DNA of 63,476 nucleotides, filler included, from Cercozoa sp. M6MM (taxonomy: Eukaryota > Protista > Endomyxa: Ascetosporea), in assembly GCA_040357565.1 (NCBI GenBank). It is 12 parts of 12 records of this genome, joined end to end, with 100 filler letters (N's around TTAATTAATTAA, not from the genome) between each part and the next. Parts side by side here need not be neighbours in the genome. Positions count along the whole stretch, not along the records: positions 44,857 to 55,843 come from JBDODJ010000421.1; positions 55,944 to 59,622 come from JBDODJ010001355.1; positions 59,723 to 62,039 come from JBDODJ010001799.1; positions 62,140 to 63,476 come from JBDODJ010002052.1; 8 more parts are not named here. The stretch is one strand, 5' to 3'. Position numbers and translations under genes: made by a program. This document shows, in pieces, positions 52,301-63,476 of the stretch; within the stretch, counting starts at the first letter, position 1; each line of letters starts with the position of its first letter. A model generated the notes under the pieces. That model saw only the letters and a program-made list of their open reading frames with translations, searched no databases and was not told the origin of the DNA.

Positions 52301-52961
52301 GACCGCGAAAAACGACAATAACAAAACACACTCGGAACTCGATGTCGACCGTCTTTCTCCTGTATGCACACTCAGCCCGTCTGTTGTTATGCTCTTTGTA
52401 TACCCTCTTTCAGATGCACCAAACCTTGCACCGGTCGAACACTGTTGGTACAATAACGCTCGCATAAACACCTTCTTCAATTTATGTGTGTGTGCGTTCA
52501 CTTGAATCGTTAGGATCCGTGGCGGAAGACGAACCCGAGCCAAGTGCTTCCCTGCTCAAATTCGCCAAGAAACACGTCAGTCGGTATGCGTGCTCCAGTG
52601 TTCTATTTATTTTGCTTCCCGTTACCCTACCGTGTGCAGAGGAGGTCTCTTTAATACCGTGCGTGCCCGCGGCCAGGGTCGACGTGTGTCGATGTTTGGC
52701 GTATTTAATGAGGACGACGACGACGACGAAAGCAGTCTCGCAGTGGTACAGCTCTTTCAACTCACTTGAACCAGAACAACGGCATGCCATTTGCGTGTAG
52801 CCCGAGACTAATGGGCGTCGTCGTTCGATCTTTGGTGCACTCGGACGCGGTGCCTTCTTTTTTGGCACGATTTGTTCAGCCTATTATACTGCTCCCTGAG
52901 TAGGCACATTGGGTCGCCGACGTTACGTCACACCAGTGTCATCGAAAAACCCTGCAACACC
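49360..52961 (+). CDS. Long run of exons of unknown family, apparently in frame with the downstream ferlin C2 exons (5' part uncertain)
   Basis: From about 50570 onward, about 18 short exons splice without a stop into the exon at 53019. Confidence 0.5.
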
Positions 52962-53018
52962 GGTGCGTTGTCTCTGGCGGGAGCGGGAATTAAGGTTTAT
53001 TTACCTTGTGTATGTTAG

Positions 53019-55784
53019 GAGGAGGGTGTCGAAGTGAGACTGACCTTGTGGCATGCCGAGGGCCTTCCTGTAGCCGATGTGCTGTCGAAATCATGCGATC
53101 CATATGTCGTTCTTCGTGTATGATCCCTTCACCTGCCATTTCCTGGTCCTATGTTTTTCCCTCATGTGCAGGTGGGCAAGCGTACCGTGCACTCGTCGGT
53201 GCGACGCAAGACTCTGTCGCCCGTGTTTTGTAACTCCATGCCTCCTCCTGTTTCTGTGTAGCTTCTTTGCACCCTGCCACTCTGCTGAACAGGCGAGCAG
53301 CTGCGTCTGCGACTGTCTACAGAGCAAGCAACGTCGTTTTCGCAGCGACACGTCGAAGTGGAACTCTGGGATCGGTACTCACTCCTGGACCCATACGTAT
53401 CATCAATATACGGTTTTGAAATCCTCCCTCCTTCCTCAGGGACAAGCTGGGCGACGACGACTTCCTGTGCTCGCAGCGACTGCTGCTGGAGCGCCTCAAA
53501 GACTCGCCACTGCGCGCGCACTGGCTCAACTTTTACGGCGCCGCCAACGGCGTACAACTTGTGTCCCTAGTTACCCCTATGTTACCCCGTATGCCCCCCC
53601 CCCCGCCGCAGGACACAAGTCCTCGACTGATGTCATTCAACCGCGACATGGCCGGCACGCGCGGCTCGACCTTTCGCGGCCGTCTGCTCGTTGACCTTCG
53701 CGTGGTCGACAGCACCATCAAACCGTCAACAGCGCCATCAATTGTCACCATCAGTCACACCGTCAGCAACACCGTCACCAGTCAAAACAACAACAGTGGT
53801 ATCGACAACAACAACAACAATCGCAACAGCAACCACCACCTGAGCCCGCACCGTCGCATTCCGTCCTTTCGGTAGCTTGCGCTCTTTGTATTTTCCTTGT
53901 GTCCGCGCGGAGGATTGCATGCGTGTGCTCGCAGATCAACCCCGGCCAGTCCCTTGGCCGGCAAGCAGGCGCCGATCTGTCTGTCTTTCGATGTGCACAA
54001 GGACAAGGACACAGGGAACGGCAAGGACACTATCGACAATCGACACAGCATCGCCATGTGCTCCGATCGCAGCGACAGTGACTCAGACGAGAGGCACGAC
54101 GACTCACCTTCCATGTACATGCCTCCATCAATCTCATATATATATATATATGTGTATTATTACCCTACAGCAGCGAGGCAGGCGACAGTCTGCTCCCTCT
54201 CGAGGTGGCCACGCAGGAGTTCGGCTCGGTGCGCCGCGTGCTGACGACGCGTGTCCCTGCGGAAGCAGCCGCTGCCGAGTACGAGCTCGCGCTCGACATC
54301 TACGAGGTGGCCGACGTCGATAACCACAGCGGTCGCTGCCGCGTCGATGTCGACTGGGGCGGCGAGAAACTCCAGTCGGTACTGAACACCACGTGCTCAC
54401 TCAGTCTGCTTGATCACGTAGTGTGACACCTATAGCACGTGGTCACCTGCAAGCGCGGCAGTGCGCGTTGGCACCGGCAGTTTCGCCCGCTGCTTCTACG
54501 TTCCAGCAGCGACGTGCGCGCGCTACCTGACATTATTGTGGTATTTAGGCGCCGGGGCGCCCCCCCCCCCCGGTCCCCGTTTCCTAAGATGCCTAATATT
54601 GTTGCAGAGTGTGTGCCTACCACACCGTTATTCTTCGGGCGAACAGCGAATCAGCTACGTCAGAATACCTGCCTGGTACGTCTCTTTTTCATAAAGGACT
54701 GTGGGAAAGAACCTAACCATCTGACACAGGCGAGTGTTACAACGACGACAGACACAAACGACGCCGCAGTGGCGTCCTCTGACGCCGGCCGTGATGCAGC
54801 AGTACACTCTTTCGCTCTTTTGTGTGATCCATGGTACTCATTTCTGTACCTTCCCTACCTGCAGAGTGAAGGCACCTCGGAAAGAGCAACAGCCGGGCTT
54901 TGTGCTGCTGCGGTGTGCGGTGCGGCGTCTGCGGTCCGGCAGCGTTGCCACCGCCAGTCTGCGCCGTCCTCCGCTCGTGCAATCGAAGTTGCGACGCTTT
55001 ACTGTGGTCACTTGTTCTCCGTCTGTGTATTTTACCTCTCTTGGTCGGTCTTTACCTTCTCTCCTTGTGTCTGCAGATAGCGCATATCTTTGAGGTCAGA
55101 AACCTCCCGCTGCGTCCCAAAGGCAAAGGTACAACCCTGTTTAGCTGTGTATCAAATTCTTGTACACATTCGTATACACAATGCCCATGTGAAGCTCCCA
55201 ACGTCGGCGTGGCACTGCGTGTTGCTGGTGCCAAGTGCAAGACGCGGGTACCACTATATACACACGCAGGGTCCATTGAATGTGACTCACACACCCTTAC
55301 GCAGGTACTGCGACCTCGACAGCGACTGCCGCCGCCGCGTCGCGTGCTGCTGGACGAGTACATGGACTGCGAGTGCGATTTGCCACTCGCCGACACTGCT
55401 GGTTAGCCCCCCCCCGTTCCCTGTACGTTTGTACCTCTGTCCAACTTAGATGCCAAGTTTGACCTGGCGCCGGCACTGTCGCTTCTGGTGGTCGACGCTG
55501 GTCGACTGCGGAGCACCGTGCTGGGCCGGTGGCGCGTGCCGATGTCGGAGCTGGCGCATGCCACGCTGGACATGAGTATGCCCACGTGGTACACACTCGA
55601 CGTGCCGCCCACACTGGCCGCTCGTTTGGTAGCCGCCCTTTTGTCCACCCTTCGGCCGTCCATGTGGACTGCTCTGTCTGTGCAGGTGGCACCAGTGGAC
55701 GAGGATGGCAACGATATTGCCTACGACAGCGGCGACTCTGAAAGTTTGCCCACTGTGGCTGAAGTGACGGCCAAGTACCCGCCT
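53019..55784 (+). CDS. Ferlin-like multi-C2-domain protein, 3'-truncated
   Basis: C2 domain HAEGLPVADVLSKSCDPYV..KTLSPVF..ELWDR|DKLGDDDFL; ferlin hallmarks HWLNFYG and GSTFRGRLLV; LPDIIV; further C2 domains (AHIFEVRNLP; LSLLVVD..VLGR). Confidence 0.8.
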
Positions 55785-55801
55785 GTACCACCACCCTCTC
55801 G

Positions 55802-55843
<42 letters not shown>

Positions 55844-55943
55844 NNNNNNNNNNNNNNNNNNNNNNNNNNNNNNNNNNNNNNNNNNNNTTAATTAATTAAN
55901 NNNNNNNNNNNNNNNNNNNNNNNNNNNNNNNNNNNNNNNNNNN

Positions 55944-55987
<44 letters not shown>

Positions 55988-56007
55988 TCTCTCTATCTCT
56001 GCACAGG

Positions 56008-56084
56008 GCTACACCTTCAAGCGGTACGACGAGCCGCCTGAAGCCACAATCGACGACCTGTTCGCGCCGCCACCGCCGCCGTAA
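56008..56084 (+). CDS. Terminal exon of an unknown gene (GYTFKRYDEPPEATIDDLFAPPPPP*)
   Basis: CAG acceptor after a (CA)n intron; open frame to TAA. Confidence 0.35.
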
Positions 56085-56447
56085 ACGTCGTTGTAGCACT
56101 CGTATCTGCTTTCGTAGCTGCACTGTGGTCGGGCTCGGCGACTCGGACTCGCCTCAAGCTTACCGAATTTATTCAAGTATCTGATCCGGCCATCTACCTG
56201 TTATTTATGTTATTGCATGATCTGAAAGTATCCGCGCGGAAGCCATGTTAAGATTTACAAAAGGGGACGGGAAGTGAGCTTGTAACAGGCCACCAGCTTG
56301 TCGAAATTGCTGGTGACATAAACAGATCCTAGTGTTCCTAGGTAAATCCTGTGATTCTATCTCAATCCTAGTGGTTCTGTCTCAATCCTAGTGGTTCTAT
56401 CTCAATCCTATGTCAGTCCTAGCCATCCTATACCGGTCCTAGCCGTT

Positions 56448-57773
56448 CTATGCCAGTCCAATGTGCACGGCGGCAAGTGCCAGCGCAGCCGACATGGCCA
56501 TTGCCGGGATCGACGAGGCGCCGGGAACATCCTCGGGCACGGTCTGCGCCTTCTCTACTCAGCACACGCACACAGGGAGGATAGGTCCAAGTGGGGTCAT
56601 ATGCGACATGGGCAGAGGGGAGGCGGTAAAAGTGGTCATACGACAGTCCTCGTCGCTGGTGCATTCGGCCGCAGCCGACTTGGAGACATCGAGTGACGCC
56701 GCCGCGCTCGAGTCCACGCGTGCGGCTGTTCATACACACCGACAAACACATCAGAGGGTTGGAGTTGCCCGCACAGAGAAGGCAGTGGTACAGCTTGGCG
56801 CCAACTGCGCAAAGGTTTCGACCTCGGGCAGCTTCTCGAGTGCCTGGGCGTAGCGCCGCGCGGTGGCGTCGTTGTAGGCACGCAGCTCGAACACGATCGT
56901 CACCAAGCCGTGCTGTTCTTGCACCTATAGGGAGGGGAGATACAGAGTAAAGGGTAAAGGGAGGGAGGGAAGCACCTTCAGAGTGAGGTCAGCAGCAGGC
57001 GCCTTGAAAGCAGTCGAAAGCAACTGACGCAACTCGTCCACACGACTCTCGACGTAACTCAGCGCGATGTTATGCAGCACCAGACGACCAGCGACACGCT
57101 GCGAGTAGCATCAACTTGTAACATGTATCTTAGACAGACACATACGGGGTACCTTGGCCGTGGTGTAGAGGGGCGTGCAGGAGGTGCCAAAAGCACTGCG
57201 GTTCGACGGCAGCACACCCAGCAGTTGCTCATTGACGGCACAGCACGAGTTCTGTTACAGACATCCACAAGAAAGGCACATGGACGGAACATGGTTGGAG
57301 CATGGTTGTGAAGCTACCTCAGGTGCACCAAGTGTTTCCTGGTAGTCAATGCAGCGAGTGTTGTTCATGTCCTTCTGACACATCTACTGGCACAAGAAGA
57401 GATGAGGTTTCATAACAATAAAGAAACTACACGTACCAGTTCAACGGCCAGAGGAATGCTGGCGGGAGGTTCCATACCACTCAGCTTGGCGACAGCCTGC
57501 ATGTGCATTACAAGAGTTTCTTCCTGTAACTGCTCATCAGTAATACACTATGTACCTGGAAACTGTCGATGATGCACGGGTTGTCGCACGCGCGACGAAT
57601 GATCTCGAACGGATTGTCCGTCCCGTTCGCGTGTCGCGCGAACGTGTCGATGCAACCTTTGTCCTGTTTCGACGTTATAACAATGACATATTAAACATAC
57701 ATATCCAAAATACATCTATCAGTATTATATATAAATAAAAAATGTATATATATATATATATATCCATACACAT

Positions 57774-57822
<49 letters not shown>

Positions 57823-57832
57823 NNNNNNNNNN

Positions 57833-57881
<49 letters not shown>

Positions 57882-59130
57882 GAGAGTATAAACGCATGTA
57901 CGCAGACATTGTCGACAGTAAGTGCCAGTTTGCGCAGCTGAGTCATATTGACGCCGCTAGGGATCGCGAACGGCGGCGCGCTGTTGTCACTCGAGTCGAC
58001 GCACTGCATGAACTGCTCAGTCGCCTGGAACACGGCGACGCCGCCCTTGCTGCAGTCACCAGTCACTCAGAAAAAAGGCAGTTAGATTGACAAAGCTAAA
58101 CTCACATGAGCTGTCGATTGCACTCGCTGCACATACCCGAGGCAAAGTCCGTGGCGAGCCCGAGTCTGCATTAAAGAAACCAAAGCCTAGATATCCATGG
58201 AAACACAAGACTACACGAGAACAACAAGAATAACGGACTGGGTGGGAAACTGCGCGCCGAGCTGCGGCAGCTGCTGGCCCAGTGTGCCGAAGCAGAGCTC
58301 GTCGGCCGAGTTGCGTGCGCACAGGGCATCGCGCGACGTCGTCAGCACGTCCTCTGCGTGCCATATCCTTTGTAAAACTACGCAGCTAACACTGTGCTTC
58401 TCGGGTTACGCATGTAGTCGCCAACGCACGACATTGCGTCGAACACCGTCAAGTACAGCGACGGCTGGACACACAGTACAGTACTTTTGTGATATAGAGA
58501 CGAGATGCCAGGGCAAACGTTACATCAACATTGCTCTCGTCGGCACACGAAGTCATGAGCTCTTGAACAAAGCCCGAGCTGCACAAACAGAGCAACTTGT
58601 CATTCGCGCAGACAGGCAGTCCGTAAATCTGGACTGAAGTTTAACATGGTACCGCACAAGGCCGCTGACAGCGCCAATGCATTCGTTCACCTTGGACTGG
58701 TCGGCATTGCACATGCCCAGAAGTCCCGACTCTGCGCTTGAATTCGGATCGACCTGCATAAATCAGTATCGGTGTACCACTTTATACTACATGTAACACA
58801 GGGAGTAACCTCGAAAGTGTCGCTGCATAAGCTGAGTTTGGTCAAGTAGCCGATGTAAGGTTGCTTAAACATCACCTACGTCATGTTCCCTCATTTAACG
58901 TGACCGAACAAGCACATGTAAAGCAAAAGTGTGCAGTACCGAGGTCACGCACGCGGGCGGCTGATTATCCTCTTGCAACAGAGACGCGCCATTCTGCAGA
59001 ATCGTTTGCGCCTTCAGCAAGGCTGTGAGTGTCTGCATTTCCAATAACTACACGAGTACAGTATAAATTCAGCACGGCTCAGCACCGTTGCTGCTCTTAG
59101 AAGGCTCCTTAATAATATGCTCTTGGTCAT
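56448..59130 (-). CDS. Cysteine-rich, probably GPI-anchored surface protein (about 15 exons)
   Basis: Repeated C-x-[RK]-x(5-6)-C modules (LCARNSADELCF, MCQKDMNNTRCI), SCC, and a C-terminal GPI-type signal GASSIPAMAMSAALALAAVHIGLA*. Confidence 0.65.
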
Positions 59131-59278
59131 TCATTGATTAACTTGTTGTTTCGTTTCCAACCAGGCGATCACACCGAGTTCCCACGCCAGAGAGTGAGCA
59201 AAGTTATGTTCTATAAGAGTCTATCTGCTACTCGTACTATGAGCAAAACCGACGCTACGGCGGTAATTGTCGTGCAGT

Positions 59279-59622
<344 letters not shown>

Positions 59623-59976
59623 NNNNNNNNNNNNNNNNNNNNNNNNNNNNNNNNNNNNNNNNNNNNTTAATTAATTAANNNNNNNNNNNNNNNNNNNNNN
59701 NNNNNNNNNNNNNNNNNNNNNNTAGGGGGGGGGGGGGTAAATAGGGGTAAATAGGGGAGTAAAACGAGGGTAAGAAAGGGGTAAAATAGGGGGGGGGGGG
59801 TAAAATAGGGGGTAATAGGGGGTAAAATAGGGGGGGTAAAATAGGGGGGTAAAATAGGGGGTAAAATAGGGGGGTAAACAGGAGTAAATAGACAGTAAAT
59901 AGGAGGGTAAACAAGAGGGTAAATAGGGGGTAAAAGGGGGTAAAACGGGGGGTAAAATAGGGGGGTAAAGCGGCAC

Positions 59977-62014
59977 CTCCAGTCGCAGCATGTTCTGCCG
60001 AATGCCCATGCCAGCCAACTGCTGCTGCAGCACCGTGAACACGTCGCTGGCACAGTGCGTGCGCACGTGCTGTACAAACAGGACGGTACAGAACACTGGT
60101 ACACATGGACCACCACACTGGTACAGACGGACCACCGCGCACTGGTACAGAACACTTAAGGAAGCAGACTACTGTACGGTTGCTCCGTCCGCGTCCAGTC
60201 CGAGACGCCGCTGAATCTCCTCCTCCGACGCGACGCGCACCTCGCTCGCGGCACCGCCTATTTTTTGTATTTTTCCCGTATTTTCCCGGATATTTATCGG
60301 TATTTTCCGGTTTTTTTTTGGTATTTTTCGGGTTTTTTGGCATTTCCCGCTTTTTTTGGTATTTTCCGGTATTTCTCCGTATCCGCGCGGAGGCAGAAAA
60401 AAACGAGAAAGGCGAGAAATTAAAGGCAGGCAACGCACCGAGCGAGCGCGAGAGCGAGGTCGCCAGCGACGGCGGCAGCAGCGGCAGCACGCTGCCTCGC
60501 AGGATGCGCGCCACCAGCGCCAACAAGGTTGTTCGCACGTGGCCCACCACCTGCGCAGACGAGACATGGAGTTCTCAGCGCGGACGGCAGCAACAACAGA
60601 AAAAACAACAGAAAACAAGAAAAAACAACAACAACACAGAGAAACAACAAGGTTGTTTTGAAGAAACGCACCAGTCGGAGCGCCGGCTCGGCCAATTCGC
60701 TGTTGAGTCGACGACCGATTTTCTGTTTTTTGGTTAAGGGGGCGATAATAATTAAGGAAGCGACATTGGATTTCTTAAGGCTGCCTACGTGGTCCTCCTG
60801 GCCGATCACGTCGCCGAGGTGCGCGCCGTACACTGCGTGGCACCACCTGCCGGCAGGGAGGCAGGGGGGGGGGGTAAACAGGGGTTTAAGATGGGAGGGT
60901 AAAACAGGGGGTTAGGGGGGTAAAACAGAAGTTAAAAGAGGGGTAAATGGGGTAAAAAGAGGGTAAAATGGGGGTTAAAAGGGGCGTTAAAAAAGGGAAG
61001 AAGGTAAGAAGGGGATAGAAGGAGGGACAAAGAGGGTAAAAGAGGGGGAAAAAGTGGGTAAAAAAGAGGGGGGAAAAGAGGGGTTTAAAGGGATAAAGAT
61101 GCAGGTAAACAGGGGCTAAAACAGGGGGTAAAACGAGGGTAAGAAAGGGGTTAATAGGGGGGTAAAATAGGGGGGTAAAAGGGGGTAAAATAGGGGGTAA
61201 AAAGGGGCTAAAACAGGGGGTAAAACGAGGGTAAGAAAGGGGTAAAATAGGGGGATAAAATAGGGGGGTAAAATAGGGGGTAAACAGGGTAAAAGGGAGG
61301 TAAAAAGGGAGGTAAAAAGGGGGGGGGGGTAAAAAAGGGGGTAAAAGAGGGTAAAAAGAGGGTAAAATAGGGGGGTAAAAAGAGGGTAAAAAGGGGGGTA
61401 AAAAGGGGGTAAAAAGGGGGTAAAAAGGGGGGTAAAAAGGGGGGTAAAACGGGTACCGACACACAGCGAGCGCCTCGGCGAAGAGAGTTTCGCCGTCGCG
61501 ACGACGCGCGTCGGCGTTGCGCAGCAGCGTGGCTGCCAGGAAGCGGTCCAGCAGACCCTCCAGCGCCTGCGCCTGCGCACTCGGTTTTTTCCCTCGGTAT
61601 TTTCCCAACAACAACAACAACAATAACAAAAAACAAATAAAAAACAACAAGAAAAAACAACAACAAGAAAAAACAACAACGAAAAACAACAACAATAACA
61701 ATAAAAAACAACAACAAGAAAAAACAACAACAACGAAAAAAAACAACAACAACGAAAAACAACAACAACAACGAAAAACAACAACAACAACGAAAAAAAC
61801 AACAACAAAATAAGGCGCCGTACGGCCTTCCAGGCGGGCGGCAGTGCCGGCAGCAACAGTCGCTCGCAGGTGTCGCAGGCGTCCAGTACGACACCCTGTC
61901 CAATTGGACGGTACACATGTACACACACACACACGGACAGGTGTGTACCTCCATCTCGCGCAGCAAGTCGTCGACGCCCATGCTGTCCGTCGTACTGGGC
62001 GGCAGGACCTCCCT
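59977..62014 (-). CDS. Hypothetical alpha-helical protein, internal fragment with repeat-expanded introns
   Basis: GC-rich exons (GVDDLLREME|GVVLDACDTCERLLL.., VVGHVRTTLLALVARIL.., QQQLAGMGIRQNMLRLE) between repeat introns. Confidence 0.5.
60860..61450. repeat. Degenerate (GGGGGTAAAA)n G-rich intronic tract; a similar tract lies at 59724-59970
   Basis: Directly visible; begins just after the minus-strand donor at 61456. Confidence 0.95.
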
Positions 62015-62142
62015 ATAGGGTAAAGAGGGTAGGGGGCAANNNNNNNNNNNNNNNNNNNNNNNNNNNNNNNNNNNNNNNNNNNNTTAATTAATTAANNNNN
62101 NNNNNNNNNNNNNNNNNNNNNNNNNNNNNNNNNNNNNNNCCG

Positions 62143-62209
<67 letters not shown>

Positions 62210-62210
<1 letters not shown>

Positions 62211-63260
62211 CAGCACACGCGTGCCGAGACTGCGCGTGTCGCTGGCGCCGTCGCCGCAGCAGCTGACGCTGTCTCTATGCGCGCACACCGGCCGCATCAT
62301 CGCACTGGAGGGTACGTTTGGACGGTCCGTCTGTCCATGTTGACGGTGTGATGTTGTACGCGCGCAGAGGGCGTACTGGCAGCGTCGACTCGAATCGCAG
62401 GCGACGTGCGGCACCTTCTGCGTCGACTTGGCGATCGGTACAGTGATCGCTCCGGTGACCAGTCGGGTGGCCACTCCAGTGCGCACGTGGCCGACGGTGT
62501 GACACGTGTTGTCGCCTACGCTGCTCGGGCAGCGCAGCAGCACGACCTGTGCGTGCGCGTGTCGCTGCAACTGTGCCGACTGCACGCGGGCCACGTGGCC
62601 ACTGGACCGGCCACTGGACTGCCGCACGTGGCACGATGCCGCGGCACCGACGGCGTCGTGGTGCCACTTCTGGCAGGCACGCGGCAGTCGCAGCAGCGCG
62701 TGTACCTGCACTACTGCACACGTGGTACGACGGTTCCTGGTCACTGGGTATGGGTAGGAGGGTTAATGTACTGTGGCTGGGTAGACACGCACGTGCGCAT
62801 GGTGCATGAGGTCTTCTCTAGTACTGATCGGTTGCGACACCGTCATGTCTCGTGTCTCGCCACTGGCAATGATGGCGACGGTGCGTACCCACTGATCGAT
62901 CGGCACGTGCCTGTGTTACTGCGACAGGCGCGCACGCGTCTCGCGCTGGGTGCCCTCGTGATCGCCGGTGTGCTGCCGCGAATCGACGGTGACGCCAGTG
63001 ATCGCGCCGACACTGGCATCGACAGAGACGGTGGTAGGGACGGTGTGATCGCCTCGGTGACCCTGTGCGGCTCGTGGCGCGTCGTGCTGCGGCACGAGGA
63101 CGCTGACGCCGTGGCCGTGACGGTGCCCGAGGCAGGCATCGGTGTCACGTGCTCCACCGACGGCGACGGTGTGACACGTGCGCTGCGGCAGCTTGCTGCG
63201 GCCGCGCGTGTCACTGCCTCCCTGCGAACCGTCAATGCCGCGGTCGATCAGGGCACGGTA
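62210..63260 (+). CDS. Hypothetical protein, internal fragment
   Basis: Long GC-rich open frame 62406-63383 interrupted by likely short in-frame introns; no family recognised. Confidence 0.45.
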
Positions 63261-63427
63261 CTCACTTCTTTCGGTGTGTATTTATTGTCTGTTTTGTCTC
63301 GTGTCTACCCCTCTCCCTCCCCCCTGCTGGTAGTTTCAGTCAGTGTGGAACACGATTCGCACGCAGCGCACGTTGGCCTGTGACTTCACGGTGCCGCACT
63401 GCCCTTTCTACCTTGTGTGTCGGTGTA

Positions 63428-63476
<49 letters not shown>

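Noticed and set aside
59724-61450. True telomeres or canonical interstitial telomeric repeats
   Set aside because: The unit is GGGGGTAAA(A), not TTAGGG or TTTAGGG. The tracts are degenerate, intronic and flanked by exons.

Overview
This is eukaryotic, intron-dense, compact protist-type DNA; the lineage cannot be fixed from sequence alone. It is not one locus: 11 artificial N-TTAATTAATTAA-N linkers join about 12 unrelated scaffolds, so gene order across linkers is meaningless. The raw six-frame ORFs are mostly misleading because genes are split by many short (about 40-70 nt) GT-AG introns, and some introns are expanded by simple repeats. Manual splicing in the standard code (TAA, TAG and TGA all used as stops) recovers exportin-T, SPCS2, HYOU1/GRP170, a CEP104-like protein, FEX fluoride exporter, NUP93, MCEE, a SET-domain methyltransferase, cytosolic MDH, ERG25, ATP11, a multi-PH protein, a MORN protein, a RING protein, IRE1, a GH130/GT91-like beta-propeller, a calmodulin-like protein, LPAAT, a macrodomain protein, ORC1, ERO1, EI24, a ferlin, a GPI-anchored Cys-rich protein, PLRG1 and several hypotheticals. 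Four signals stand out: (1) a recurrent TTTACCCCC motif just downstream of many 5' splice sites, which seeds G-quadruplex-prone intron expansions; (2) a 2.27-kb element with perfect 28-bp hAT-like terminal inverted repeats that carries a spliced gene with no recognisable transposase; (3) introns that begin and end with the same GT..AG repeat unit; (4) two candidate structured ncRNAs. All exon boundaries were inferred by eye and no database searches were run.
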